Source: Podarcis cretensis (lineage: Eukaryota). Taken from it: 64,000 nt of DNA. Shown one piece after another: positions 13,221 through 26,167 of this stretch (position 1 is the stretch's first letter; the number at the start of each line of letters is the position of its first letter). The stretch is from positions 47,244,001 to 47,308,000 of the forward strand of contig OX638154.1 of the NCBI GenBank assembly GCA_951804945.1, read 5' to 3'. The notes below the pieces were generated by a model. It saw only the letters and a list, made by a program, of their open reading frames with translations. It had not been told where the DNA came from and did not search any database. Both the position numbers and the translations under genes were made by a program.

Positions 13221-16200
13221 TCTACCACTCACCCTCAAAATTGTGTACAAATTGACACAATTTGGTTCAGGGTTCAGACAAATCAGTTGTGTGGTCCTAT
13301 TGTGGACCTCCTTCTCTGCCCATGAAGAGTGAAGTCCAAGGCCAGAAAAGGAGGTCCACCAGTGGAGACCTCCTTATTGTGATGGCAGAAAGCTATTCCA
13401 GCACCACCCCTCTGCTGTTGATAGTCCAATGATGAAGGGGGTGAAAAGAGGTGTGTTGGGAGAAGATTGGGGGAGGCTTTGTAGCCACATGATTCAAAGC
13501 TCTCTTTGCTTCTGCCATATCTCTGAATAGAAAGAACAACTACACCAGTCCTGGAGCTAACACATACCCGTCAACTGCCCTGTTTTAAGCAGGACATCCT
13601 GGAATCACAGAAGCCAATCCTGGCTTCCATTTGATTCCCAGGTGTCCTGCTTTTTTTGGTCTGGTGCTCTAGCGCAAGTCCTTGTTCAGAGCACTGAACC
13701 AAAAGACTCTCACTTTGGCACTTGTGAGGAGGGTCGCACCAGAGGTTCAGGGCTCAGGCATCACCCTGCTCATGAGCGCCAGAGCGCTTTTCAGTCTGGT
13801 GCTCTGGGCTCATCAATAGGGTCAAAGGTCCAGCACACTGGCATAACCCTCTGATGAGCCCAGTGCACCATGCTGCAATCTTGCTCTCTCTCTCACCCCA
13901 AAAAAGCACTCTAGAACATATATTTGCCCCACCCCACTCCCAGTTTTTTTAGCTAAATATCAGACTGAACTCTGCCCCCCTCCCCTCTGTTTCCAGCTGG
14001 CTTGCATCTTGGGCAAGACCAAGGAAGATCTGTGTCTGCTTGAAGAACAACTCATAACTCTGAGTGGTGTAGGCTACCTCATTAACATAAGTAAACATCC
14101 TGAAATTCTATCCAAAGACCTATAAGTCATAAAACCTAGCCTTCCCCACCTCACCTTTGCAATGGAAAAATACAAGCCCTCATTATGTGTTCATGCATTT
14201 TTCACAGTAATTTAAAATACAACACAATTACCATTATACACCATTTGATGTAACATTAAATAACTCCAGCAATCCAGGCATAAATGGCTTTAGAAGCAAG
14301 CAAACAGGAAGAACACATTTTTAACTTTTCAACTTGACTTCTAATGGGTAACATTGCAACAGGGGAAACTATTTAAATCAAAATGCATACCACTCATAGA
14401 TTATTATTATTATTATTTTAGTTCATAATAACTTCACTTGCTGATAACTCTTCTGGTTTCCGTGTAGGCCATTTAATTCCAGACTTCCTTGAAACAAACA
14501 AACAAAAATGGTGATACTTATGGGAAACATCATGCAAACCTCAGCTTTCAAATTTATCATAAAAGTTTTAACCCTCACAACTTAAAAAGGCAACTTGAAA
14601 GTACTGTAGGTGTGTGGGTTAAACAGAGCAAACAAACTTGACAAGCATTCAATCATACCCCATCAGTGCTAATTCCTCACAATTTTTAGCTTTGTAAAGA
14701 AATCAGTGGGACAATGACTGTCCTAGAACTTATCTGCCCTTCCAACAACAGAATCTATTCTTTCAGGGCAAACAGTCACCCTTATTCCCCATAGAAACCA
14801 GTTAAACACAGAGGAACTCCATGTACTCCCAAAATGAGCCATTAAACAGATCCTGCTAACAGGTGTTCTTTTAGAAAGGCCTCCTAAGCTTTTAGAAACA
14901 AGGGGGGAGGGAGTGATTGCCTTTAATCACGCACAAAAAAGCATATTCATTTTCACAGCAGGATGGCAGGCTGCCTGGTCCAAAATGCTGCTAGGGACGC
15001 ATGTGTTTCTACAGTCACGGTTACAGCACGGCCAAGGGAAAAGCAAAATCCATCCTTTCCCCTGCCTGCAATTTCTTAATCTAGTTTGGAATCTTTTATT
15101 ACCCCTGACTCCATCCCATTTCCATTTGTTTCTCTTTCCATCACCCTTTTTGCTTGCCAATTAAATTATGCACCCAAACCCATTGTTTTTACTGGCAGAA
15201 GTATGACCTTCTAGTATGTGCAGTTTTCCATGTAAGTCCCTTGTTGTTTCTAAATAATGTATTGCGCGATATGACAACATTAATTGTAGCTTGGACTCCT
15301 GGGCCCCTGTTCACAGAGCTAAGAGAAGCTGGTTCTTTATCTATTTCTGCTGTTCTTTTGTCAAGTATCTGGCTTGTTTTAATATTTGGGTGACTAGGAA
15401 GGCAAGTGGGTAGAATGAAAACCCATTTTTCTCCTTCATGTCTTAGTTCTAGAGTTTTTTTTAATTAAAACATAATTATTTGAAAGACCAAGCAGAGGGG
15501 GTTCTGGGGTTGGCCCAACCCACCACCACCATCATGCCACATTCCACTGACATCCATGCATTCAATGAACATTGGAAGGAGTGGTACCCACATACAGATA
15601 TATGTTGGTAGAGCTCCATCCACATGAGAAGGAATACTTCCCAATCAGGGTCCCTCCTCACATTAAGGCACTCTACCTACATGTGTCTGTATAAAGCACC
15701 TTCTAACATCCATTGAACATGCAGAAGTTAGCCCTGGAGATAGATGGGACAAGCTTGTGCAGTGGTGGGAGGAGATGAACCATGCAGCTCTGCCCATGTG
15801 TTATTTCAATGCATGGGGGCATTTGCATGGACCCCCTTAACAGAGATGCACATTTATCTGCACAATCCATGAGTCTAATGCAGTCATACAGTTCTCCATG
15901 AGATCTTTACACATGTGTTTGAACTTCATGGCAGAAATTCTGTTGGTTAGAGCTCTAACCCAGCTGGAATTCATATTGGAGCTACAGCTTCCACAGTAGT
16001 TAGAATGATTTCCAGAAAGGGCCCTGGATCTTCTGCTTCCCGTCAGGTTTTGAACAGATCCTGCGAATACATTGAAGTACAGAAAGAGGGAATATAAATA
16101 AATGGACTTGACATGACATGTGACTTGACATGAGAGACACAGTTGTCGCTGGCTGGACTGCATTCAATTCCCTTATCAACAATATCACCATCCACTGATG

Positions 16201-16849
16201 TACTTGAGGACTTGATGATGAGAAAGAGTCTAGTATGGCCCAATGAAGCTTCCTCAGACTACACTAAAATTCTTTTCATCAGTTTTAAGCTATAATGACC
16301 ACAAACCCTATAAGCTATCTAGGTTCAGTCAGAGGCTGCAAATTCTCTCATTATGGAGTCAGACCAGGTTTAAATCTCTGACCCTGAAGATCAGGAGATT
16401 ATTGCACTTGAGGCCGACAGACAGGAGCCCCCAGAAGAACCTCCCATACCAACATGTCCTGTGGGACCAGAGCCAGGACCCTCACAGACACTTTCCCCTG
16501 TGCGCAAGTAACCCAGTGCCTCCCCTCATACCTCACTGGTCCAGAGGCACAGGGAGTGCACCAGGAGGGAGGTAATGGAACAGAAGAGATAGTTTGGGGC
16601 AGATGCATAACGAGTCACAGTCCAGTCTCAACCTTGTTGGAGCAAGTTGCTCACTTAGAGCTATCCGTGGTCCTGCAACCTCTGACCTGCATTGCTGGTT
16701 CATTTTATGGGATCTGGCGCTGGAAAAGAATATGACAGTTCCTGGTGCACAAAGGCAATACTACCATCTCTTTGGTGTGTTGAAGACCTTTGAGTATTTG
16801 AAGAGGCCTACCTATGCAGACACCTCTGTGATGTGATTAGGATGCCAGA

Positions 16850-17030
16850 TTAAGAGTGGGGAGACCCCAAACTGAATCCCCACTCAGCCATGAAGTTCAC
16901 TGGGATGATCTTCAGCCAGTCACTATATCAGCTTAACCTACCCGACAAGATTGTCGTGAGAATAAAAGATGGGGAAAGAACTATGTATGCTGCTTTGAAC
17001 TCGCTGGAAGAAAGATATAAATTAAATATA
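16850..17030 (+). mobile_element. Old MIR/Squam3A-like SINE
   Basis: ggagaccc...aatccccactcagccatgaagttcactggg.tgatctt..gccagtcac...aacctacc...ttgtcgtgagaataaaa...tatgctgctttgaactc..tgga is a CORE-SINE-like layout with an A-rich tail. Confidence 0.6.
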
Positions 17031-17769
17031 CAAATGGAGTGGTCTGGCATTTATTCAAAATACTGCAAACCATTTGGAGTTTGGGTGGCATGGAAAGGTT
17101 TAATTCCATACTCCATCAAAAGTATTTGAATCCACACAGCTCTAGTTATTTCATGTTGCTGAAGTCCACTCCTATGAATGGATTTCCATAATCATTCATT
17201 GTCCACATTTTAATACAGTTCTGGGCTTCCACCCTCCACTGCTTTTTCAATTGTTTGCTCCATCATGAGCTCCTGGAGGCTTTGCCAATTTGGAGTCTTA
17301 AAGCTTTGTAATATATACATAGTAGCTCTTGCGTGTGTCTATTTTGCTTGGGGTCACCCCTGAACCATGGGAGCTATAATCTTAAAACTGTGGAAACTGT
17401 CATTCAAGTAAATTGGATAATAAATGTTCACATTTTAAATGGGTCTTTGCACATAAAGATTATCATGGGATTCAGCAAGATTGCAGGAGGTGGTTCTGTG
17501 TGAAAAGGATGAGCCACTCAAGAAGATGTAGTATGCTCCTTGCTATGGTGCTGAAAACATTAGAGCATAGCCTGGGAGCACATGGGATATGATGAAAGCA
17601 GAGCTGATTTGGGCCAGCATTCCTGAAATGGCAGACTTGCTGTTTCACCTTACCAAAACTGCAGATTTTGCCTCAATTCTGCTTCTGAATAGCTGAGGTG
17701 AACGGACAGGAAATACTCCCATCACCAGGGTGGGGTGAGAATTGAATTCAGCATACCTTTGTGGCATTA

Positions 17770-18040
17770 ACAACTTGGGAGCAGGATATATAAGGGACCG
17801 CCTCACCCAATATATCCCTTCCTAGCAACTGCACTCCTCAGATGAGGCACTGCTGAGAGAACTATATACCTCAGGGAAGCACTTAGCCTATACAGGAAAC
17901 TGGGCTTTTAGTGTTGCAGCTTCAGCTCTCTGGAATCATTTGTCAGCCAAAATCAGACAAGCACCTAGTGTCGTGATATTTGGGTGCCTACTGCAGACAT
18001 TTTTGTTTAGGGCAGCTTTCCTGAGGTTTGACCCTGTCAT
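17770..18040 (+). mobile_element. Old L2 3' fragment
   Basis: ttgggagcaggatatataagggaccgcctc...gggcttttagtgttgcagct...ctctggaat corresponds to the decayed LGP.YL.DRL...AFSVAAP.LWN motif; a relative lies at about 41310-41400. Confidence 0.65.
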
Positions 18041-18644
18041 TCATGAAAATAGGTTTTACTGTTTGTAGGGATGGTTGTATTGCTTTCAGAGTTGGTTGAA
18101 TGTTTTTTAAATTGTTTTTAGTGTTTGTGTTTTACCCACATGTACTCTTACAAGCTTGCCTGAGTATTAAGATCAGTCTCGGGGGGGGGGGCAGTTAGAT
18201 GGGTAGTCCCAGAACTTTGGAACCGCTTACTCTTCAAACATAGAACAATAATAATTAATTAAATGCAAACTGGAGTTTTTTTTAAAAAAAGTTCATCAAG
18301 TTTCCCAACAATTAGCAGTGATCTGGCAGTGATGGCTGGATCCCCACTAGTTGTTAAGAGACTATGAGGATTTTTGTCCCAGTTTTTATTTAATTATCAC
18401 ACTGTGCTTGAAGAATTGTGGCTGCCACTGGTTTAATTAATGATTTTAATTGATGTTTTTTATCGTAACAGTTATTATTTTTATATGTTTCTAAAGCTTA
18501 TATAAATTGCTTTCTGGGGGCAATGGGCCCTGAAAGGTGAGTTATAAATCCTTGAATAATAAATAACTAAATAAACCATTTGTCTCCCTTTCCCCCTCCC
18601 AGCTATTCTAGATGCTTGTGCTGGTCTTATTTAGGCAATGGGAG

Positions 18645-19040
18645 AGAAATGTGGCTCCATTCACATTTGAATATGAAACAACCTAATTCACACTTCCCAT
18701 AAAAATATGTGAACCAAGACATGGCTATTCTTCAAAATGCTCCAGATTTGACTGTGCAAACTCAAAAATGAGTAGAACAATGTATATATTAAAGGAAAGT
18801 GTGCCTATCATGCATTTAATAGTAAAAATAGTAAAAATAGCATACAAAGATGCATTGTATTAGAAAAAAGTGCTTGCAAAAAGTTTATATCGGGCACAAC
18901 TGCATACACTGAAATACTGACAATTTTTCATGTGATTTTTTTTTTAAAGTCCTACAAAATAATGTGGAAATGTGATGAACTGAGTGTAGACTGGAAAATA
19001 TAGACACTAAGCGAAACCAAACTCAATAGATCTGCCAATC
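18645..19040 (+). repeat. Old dispersed AT-rich repeat of unknown class; relatives at about 22960-23110, 39810-40060, 46260-46620 (-), 48720-49030
   Basis: Recurring blocks ggagaaat...aattcacactt...aaacaatatg...ctccaaattttgca...gaaatgtg...gactggaaaaatgagaaactgagag... Confidence 0.6.
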
Positions 19041-19872
19041 CTTAGCCTTGCTGCACTCCAAGGGGCCTCAGCAACTCACTTTAAATATAATTAGAGATTG
19101 TGGGGGGCAAAATCTTATCGTCATTTTTTTTTCTATGCTGCAAAAAAAATCAACGACTTCCAAGGAGTTTATGAGAACAATACACCACAAAATTGTGATT
19201 GCAAGAACAATTTCATAAGAACTGCAACAATAAAGCAGCAATATATAGCAAATGCAATAGCAAGCTAAATGGCAGCTGGCTCCCTCATCTCTTCTCTCAA
19301 GTGGTACTTACCTACATCCACTGCTTTACATTTGGTATTCCTCTTCAATGCTGGGGCACCTGTGAGATTCTATTTCTCCAAGCAGAGCAGAGTCTGACTT
19401 GATGTTGAAGCCACATAGGTAGTAATGCTCTTGCCAGAGTCATGCATTCCATCAGCGGTGGTGTGGCAGTCCATTGAACACATTGCTCACATCGGTGCCA
19501 GCTTGCTTGGCAAAGCAGAGGTGCACAAAGGCCAACAAGTTGCATATGTGATAGTCAATAAGCACCAAGCAGATGACCTGAGCACAGTGCTGCCATACCG
19601 CAGCACAGCTGTGCAAGAGGGACCCACCTAGAAAAGGGACACATGGTCAGGCAGTTAGGCGGCACACAGTTCCAGCTCCTACTGCAGATCACAGGGCACC
19701 ATGACAGAGGTAAAGCAATGGGTGAAGAAAAGATTGGTTGAGCATAAACTTTGCTGCCTTCAGAAGGACAATGCCAGTTCAACTCCACTGACTTGAAAGG
19801 GGTTGTCCTTCTTGATTCCAGTCTAAGCAAAACACGGTTTTGTTCATTTCTCTCTGGACATAAGAAGCTGTA

Positions 19873-20215
19873 TGTCAGGTTCCCAGGTTCCCAGCTTGGT
19901 AACACAGTAAGCGTAGATAATTAAAAAGGAGAATTTATTGCAGAAACAAACAGATAGCTCCAGACAGCTCTAACAAAGTCTCTGGCACCATTACTCAAGA
20001 TGACCCTTCTGAAGACTTCTTCCAGCACCTCCAGCAGATATTGAACTTATGACCTTTACATCATTTGTTTTGCTTCCTATCAGCAACCCTTCCATTCATC
20101 GACTCCTCGGACTGATTGGATCAGCTCCAACCTCTTCCGGTTCTGAGAGGCTGTCTCTGAGTTTCTTTCTGCAGTTGGCTGTAAACCTTTGCTTGGAGCT
20201 GGCTCATTCCTGACA
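19873..20215 (-). mobile_element. Solo LTR (343 bp), probably Ty3/Gypsy
   Basis: TGTCAGG...CCTGACA terminal inverted repeats; perfect 5-bp TSD CTGTA (19868-19872 / 20216-20220); AATAAA on the minus strand near 19935. Confidence 0.85.
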
Positions 20216-21873
20216 CTGTATTTTAGTGAATCAACTCACTGGTCTCTGGAATAAGCCTTTCCAATTGAGATCCTTTAACATGTTGTTCTATGGATTAAAT
20301 GTGGGACTTTTTGTGGTCAAACCACATGCTCTGAGCCATGACATCGCTCCCTATGACACCTACACTGCAAGATCTCTATGGTTCTTTTCAGTCTGACACA
20401 TTGCCTTAGAGGCCTACAGCAATCATGCTAATAGAAAATCAGCCCGACCACACTTTTATTTGTCCTGTGGTTTCAAGTCACATGTCCAAAAGGGGGGAGA
20501 AATTGTGTGTGTGTCCCACCATCTTCCCTAGGAAAACTTGTTGTTTGCTGCTAAATGGGAGCAAACATCAGTCCACAGAAAACCCAACAGCAGGTTTTCA
20601 CAAGGAAAATGGTAGGATAAAAGAAAAACCTCTCAGACCCATGACTTAAAATCACTTGAAATCATGGAACAAATGAAAGTGTGGATGAGCCTTAACAGAG
20701 AGACTGCTAATCTCTTCAGTTGTTTTAGCATCACTGGAGCAAGTGGCACAGATTGTAACAGGGTGGTTCTGCTGCTAATCAGATTGAGTTGTTGGAGGAG
20801 GAGGAAGGCAAGCTCCTTGTGGATGTATGAACTGCCCTCATATGGTATGGGTTCTCTCCACCCCCACCCCAGCATCCATCCTCTAGCAGTCAATCATCTC
20901 AATCAATGAAACTGAAGCTGAAAACAAATGACTTTGTTGCAATCAAAGGTTATTCATCAGTTAAGGATTTGGAAAGCTTTGTCATGTTAAAACCAAAATT
21001 AAGTCATGATCAAAGGCAGAACATTTTGATTGTATACCAATATACCACACACTGGCTGTGGACTAATATGCTGACAAATATCAGATCTGATCTGATCTGA
21101 ATCTAGGAAGAGGAAATAGAGCAAAGAAAGTGAAAATCAAATCTCTTCTTTTGGGGATTATTGCTGAGAATTATTTCATTTCTCTGTAGAAAAACAGCAT
21201 GCAGTCTAAATAAGTCCTGAGGGAAAGATGTATCTGTCAGCTAACTAAAGACCTAGATTTTGATTGATTAAAAGTAACATTACATTTGCATATTAGCGCA
21301 GCTTCAGTATAAGTGTCCTCCCAAAAACATAGTTTTTTCCCCAAGGATGAGATGACTTTCTGTTTAATAAGCAAACACTCACTGTTAAAAGGAAAAACCA
21401 TCTTTAACATTTTTGTAAATCACTTCAGGATGTTTAAAAAAACCCTCTGTACAAAAATATAAAATGAAACATAACAAGTATCGATAAAAAGTTAAAATAG
21501 GTACTTAAAATATTCAAAATATTATTAAAATCAGCAGTACTTAAAAGAAATAAAACAAATGTAACTTCTACATGTCTGTATAGAATTGCCTAAACATGAA
21601 TCTTTGAAGCAGGTGCCAAAAAGAGTATAGTGAAAGCTTAAGGTGATCTCACAAATTGATCTAGTATTGAACAGATTAAAGCTAAGTGCGCTTTTGTACA
21701 GAGTAACAGACATAATTTTATATTGTGATTTTAATTTGACTTATTGCGGGTTACAATGGGAAGCAATGCCCACGAGAGAGTTGATTTCTCATATATGGTC
21801 CCACAGGTGGGGCTCTGGATATGCAGAACAAATCGTGAAGGTAAGGCCTACCCATCTGTGGATCTGTTTGGAG

Positions 21874-22009
21874 CAGGCATGGCCAAACTTGGCCCTCCAG
21901 CTGTTTTGGGAATACAATTCCCATCATCCCTGTCCACTGGTCCTGTTAGCTAGGGATGATGGGAGTTGTAGTCCCAAAACAGCTAGAGGGCCAAGTTTGG
22001 CCATGCCTG
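21874..22009. mobile_element. Palindromic hAT-like MITE
   Basis: Long terminal inverted repeats caggcatggccaaacttggccctc...gagggccaagtttggccatgcctg; no clear TSD. Confidence 0.85.
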
Positions 22010-24020
22010 GCGCCTCTGTGGGATTTTCCTTTCAGGTGCTTCAGCCAGACATAAATTAGACCCAGTTGCACATTAAAGCCTTCATGCTGGAGACTGCTCA
22101 CAAGGCACCTACATATTCTCACATTTTATTGGCCTGACTCTAGCCAGAATATATTTGATATCCCTGTTACTGTACACACAGGCAAATATCATTCTTGTTA
22201 ACAATTACGCACCACTACTAGTAAAACTGTGCAGTAAACCTACAGGCACTGTGAGCTGTTCTCTAGTCAGGGATTTGCTGAAGTTATAGGCATTGGCACA
22301 GATAGACTCTCCTGCTGCTTAATACCCCATTAGAAATTCTCCAGCTGCTTCTGGTTATATATACAATTTTAAAAGTAGCTTGGCCAGATTAAAAGGGCAG
22401 GCAGCCTGTCCATGCCATCTTGTGGGCATTCACCCAACTCGTGAAAGGTGCTTGTTCTGAATTGATCAGATCCCCATGTAATGGAAAGTGTGAGAACTTT
22501 AACTTTAGTTTCTTATTAGAAAAGCATTGCTAGGGACCATGCTGTCCTGTTACTCAAAACTTCCCTTTGTCTTTGATATGGCTTAGGGGGGAAAATGCAA
22601 AGAATGCTAATCAGCAGGCAATCAAACAGACCATCTCAGTCTTTGGAATGATCACTTCACATTCATTAGCAAGATGGTTATATACTTTATTTGTGAACAG
22701 AGTAAAGCTCGGTTTTTGGATACCAATGGGTACAAAACATATTAAGGGGCCATTGGGAACAGGGCTAGTCCTCTCCCTCCAGTGACACTGAAGGCAGCAG
22801 TGACATCCTCCAGCCAACATCTGATCCTCTCAGTTTTACACATGCTGAATAGGACACCTTGATAGGCCAGGTTTCTTGTCCCAATGGAAGAAGCTTTGCA
22901 CACACAGAAGATGCTTCCATCAGCTGAGACGCTGGTGTGTGTGTGTGTACAAATGTGTGCATATCAGGAGAAATTCTTACCCAAATGCTAAACACTTTTC
23001 ATGAGAAATTAAAACAAAAGAAAAAAGAAATTGATGTGGTAATGTGGAGAACTAAACTAAAGACTGGACAAATGAGAAACTGAGAGGAAGCCATCCCTAA
23101 ATTCACCATCCCTAAATCGGCATTCTAGTCCAGTTGTTGTCCAGAGAACCACAAATTCACTACTCCTGCCCTTAAGGGGTTTAATAAAACTCCCTGGCCT
23201 TTTTTTCCCACTCACACACATTACTTGGAAACAAACATACGCACCCTCTCCGCAGCTAGAAACTTAAGTACACCATTAATAGCAGCTGTTCACCATATAT
23301 GCACCAAGAAATGTTTGTAAACAGAATAGTTCTTCAGCCTAGGCAGGAGAAACAGATCTATTCAAAACTTTCTATTCACACACTTTCTCGGCAATCCAAC
23401 TCTACACAATACTTAACATGAGTGTCAAGTAATCAAGCACTGAGGCACATTTCCCCAAGGAGGAGGCTTCTCTGATCCCATCGCCCAAGGCCCCAGCTGA
23501 CATTAGCCAACCAAACTGTTCAGATGTATTTCCTGCCACTGTAATTCCCTTTCCCCTTCTCTCCCTCTCTTTTGCTCTCTCCCTCTCTCAATCGCTCTTG
23601 TGCGCGCCTTTGTTTATTTGTGTGTTGATGTATCTATTGATTTATTGATTGCCGCCAGCTGCGCTTCATTCCTGGTTCTGCTCGCTCTGCTTGCCTTTGA
23701 CTGCAGAGAGCAAAGCAGAATCAACCAGCCGTGACCTCACCCGGTGTCTAAAGAGACCTGCTCAATCGCATGCAGCTCTTCAGCAGTTCCTCATTGAGCC
23801 ATGGGAGGAGCATGGAAATGCAGTCAGATCCAGCAGCTGTTTGCAGAGAAGGGAAAGACTGGGAGACCCAACTCAGCAGACTAAACCTTCCCATGAATGA
23901 TTTGCACTTTTACTGTATATACAAACAGACGTCTATGCACAGAGACCAGGTGCATCTAAATCCCATGGATCACAAGCGAGTTTTAACAGAGCAAAGTTAG
24001 AAATCCATATAACTAAGACT

Positions 24021-24429
24021 TTGTTGTTTAGTTGTTTAGTCGTGTCCGACTCTTCGTGACCCCACGGACCAAAGCACGCCAGGCACGCCTGTCTTCCACT
24101 GCCTCCCACAGTTTGGTCAGACTCATGTTTGTAGCTTCGAGAACACTGTCCCACCATCTCGTCCTCTGTCATCCCCTTCTCTTTGTGCCCTCCATCTTTC
24201 CCAACATCAGGATCTTTTCCAGGGAGTCTTCTCTTCTCATAAGGTGGCCAAAGTACTGGAGCCTCAGCTTCAGGATCTGTCATTCCAGTAAGCATTCAGG
24301 GCTGATTTCCTTAAGAATGGATAGGTTTGATCTTCTTGCAGTCCATGGGACTCTCAAGAGACTCCTCCAGCAGCATAATTCAAAAGCATCAATTCTTCAG
24401 CGATCAGCCTTCTTTATGGTGCAGCTCTC
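24021..24429 (-). mobile_element. Bov-B (RTE-clade LINE) 3' fragment
   Basis: Minus strand reads ...gaatgacagatcctgaagctgaggctccagtactttggccacct...cctggaaaagatcctgatgttgggaaagat...gaagagtcggacacgactaaac, with a (CAA)-type tail; 9-bp TSD ACTAAGACT (24012-24020 / 24430-24438). Confidence 0.9.
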
Positions 24430-25375
24430 ACTAAGACTAGGGACATGCATTATGGGTTGTTTTTTTCATAATACAGAAAGAGGCAATGGACAGAAATACC
24501 AAAGGTGAAGCTTTCCCTCCTGTTTTGCTTGATATTCTGCTTTCTACTCTGCTCTCAAGGCACAGGAGCCTTGTCCAGAAATCATGCTGGCGCCCTATCT
24601 CCAAATTTAGCTTGGCAAAGGGCCTGTTCTTTAAACCAGCTGTGTCCAAATCTTGGTCTTCCCTGCCTCACAGTCAAGGATATATTCTACCAGCAACAGA
24701 CTTTCCATGCCCTATGGCAGAGATGATTTAATAGAGATGAGCTGGCATTTGCATAAATGTTATTAAGAAGTTGCCAGAGCCCATTCGTCTTTGCAAACCT
24801 CAGCCATCCGCATCGTGTTTGTCAACTGACAATCTCATAATTCTTGCAGTCCATTTCTAATTCCAGAAATGGCTTTCAGGTATAATACCGAAGCTGCTGA
24901 AAATCTGCCTTCTGAAATTTAAAGATTGGAACTATTATGGAAACCTATGATATTGCGGGGGGAGGGGGGATGCTGGGAGGGGGGACCAATTGTGCCAGCT
25001 GATGGAAAATGTTTTTGAGATGTGCAGGAAATTCAGAGGGGGGCTGGCAGTTTCAAGGCTTCAACAGCCTACTTGTGCTGCCTCCTCTCTGCCATGATCC
25101 AAGGTAGGCAGAGGATTCCCAAACCCTGCCCTAGATGGAGCTGCTCCACTTTTCTCAAGAAGAATACTGCTGTAACTGGATCTGCACATACTGCCATGCA
25201 CCCTAATAATCACTGCAACATACATCTATAGGAACATGAAGAAGTCATTAAAACCATTTATGACTCCCTGCTGGAGATTGTAGAATTCAGAAATACTTAA
25301 CATTGTTGCCTTCCCTGTTCCAAAATTATTATTATAATTATTCATTGCATTTCTATACTGCACTATATTTTTAAG

Positions 25376-25757
25376 GGGGACACAAGTGGCGCTGTGGTCT
25401 AAACCACTGAGCCTCTTGGGCTTGCCGATCGGAAGGTAGGCGTTTTGAATCCTCACAATAGAGTGAGCTCCCTTTGCTCTGCCCCAGCTCCTGCCAATCT
25501 AGCAGTTTGAAAGCAAGCCAATGCAAGTAGATAAATAGGTACCGCTGTGGCAGGAAGGTAAACAGTGTTTCCGTGTGCTCTGGCACTCGTCATGGTTTCC
25601 CATTTGTGCCAGAAGCGGTTTAGTCATGCTGGCCACATGAGTCGGAAAGCTGTCTGTAGACAAACGCCGGCTCCCTCAGCCTGAAAGCGAGATGAGCGCC
25701 GCAACCCCATAGTCTCCTTTGACTGGGCTTAACCATCCAGGGGTCCTTTACCTTTAC
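25376..25757 (+). mobile_element. Full-length Sauria SINE
   Basis: ggggacacaagtggcgctgtggtctaaacc head, agataaataggtaccgct core, (ACCTTT)n tail; 13-bp TSD CTATATTTTTAAG (25363-25375 / 25758-25770). Confidence 0.92.
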
Positions 25758-26167
25758 CTATATTTTTAAGGGGGGGAATCAAAATCACAAAGCATTTTAC
25801 AAATGACAGTAAAACATTAAACAAACCAAATCCAGAATACAACATTACAGAAGAACGTCAAATATAAAGTATACATTCAAAGCAACATAATTAACAGGAA
25901 ACAAAAACAAATATTTCAAAATTTGGCAGGTGGGATTTTGCTGTACATATGCCTTTGAAATGCTTAGTCTCTTTTCCATCATAAGTAATATCAGATGACA
26001 TGGTAGGGTGGAGGAACTTACCTGACCTCCCAGAAGGTGACTTGCTGCTGCTTACTGAGAGGGATGAGGCGGCGGCAGGCGAGCTGGCAATACAGTGGTA
26101 CCTTAGTTCTCAAAAGCCTTGGTACTCCAACAACTTGGAACCCAAACACTGCAAACCCATAAGTAAG

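Noticed and set aside
24032-24508. 158-aa ORF
   Set aside because: Antisense reading of Bov-B.
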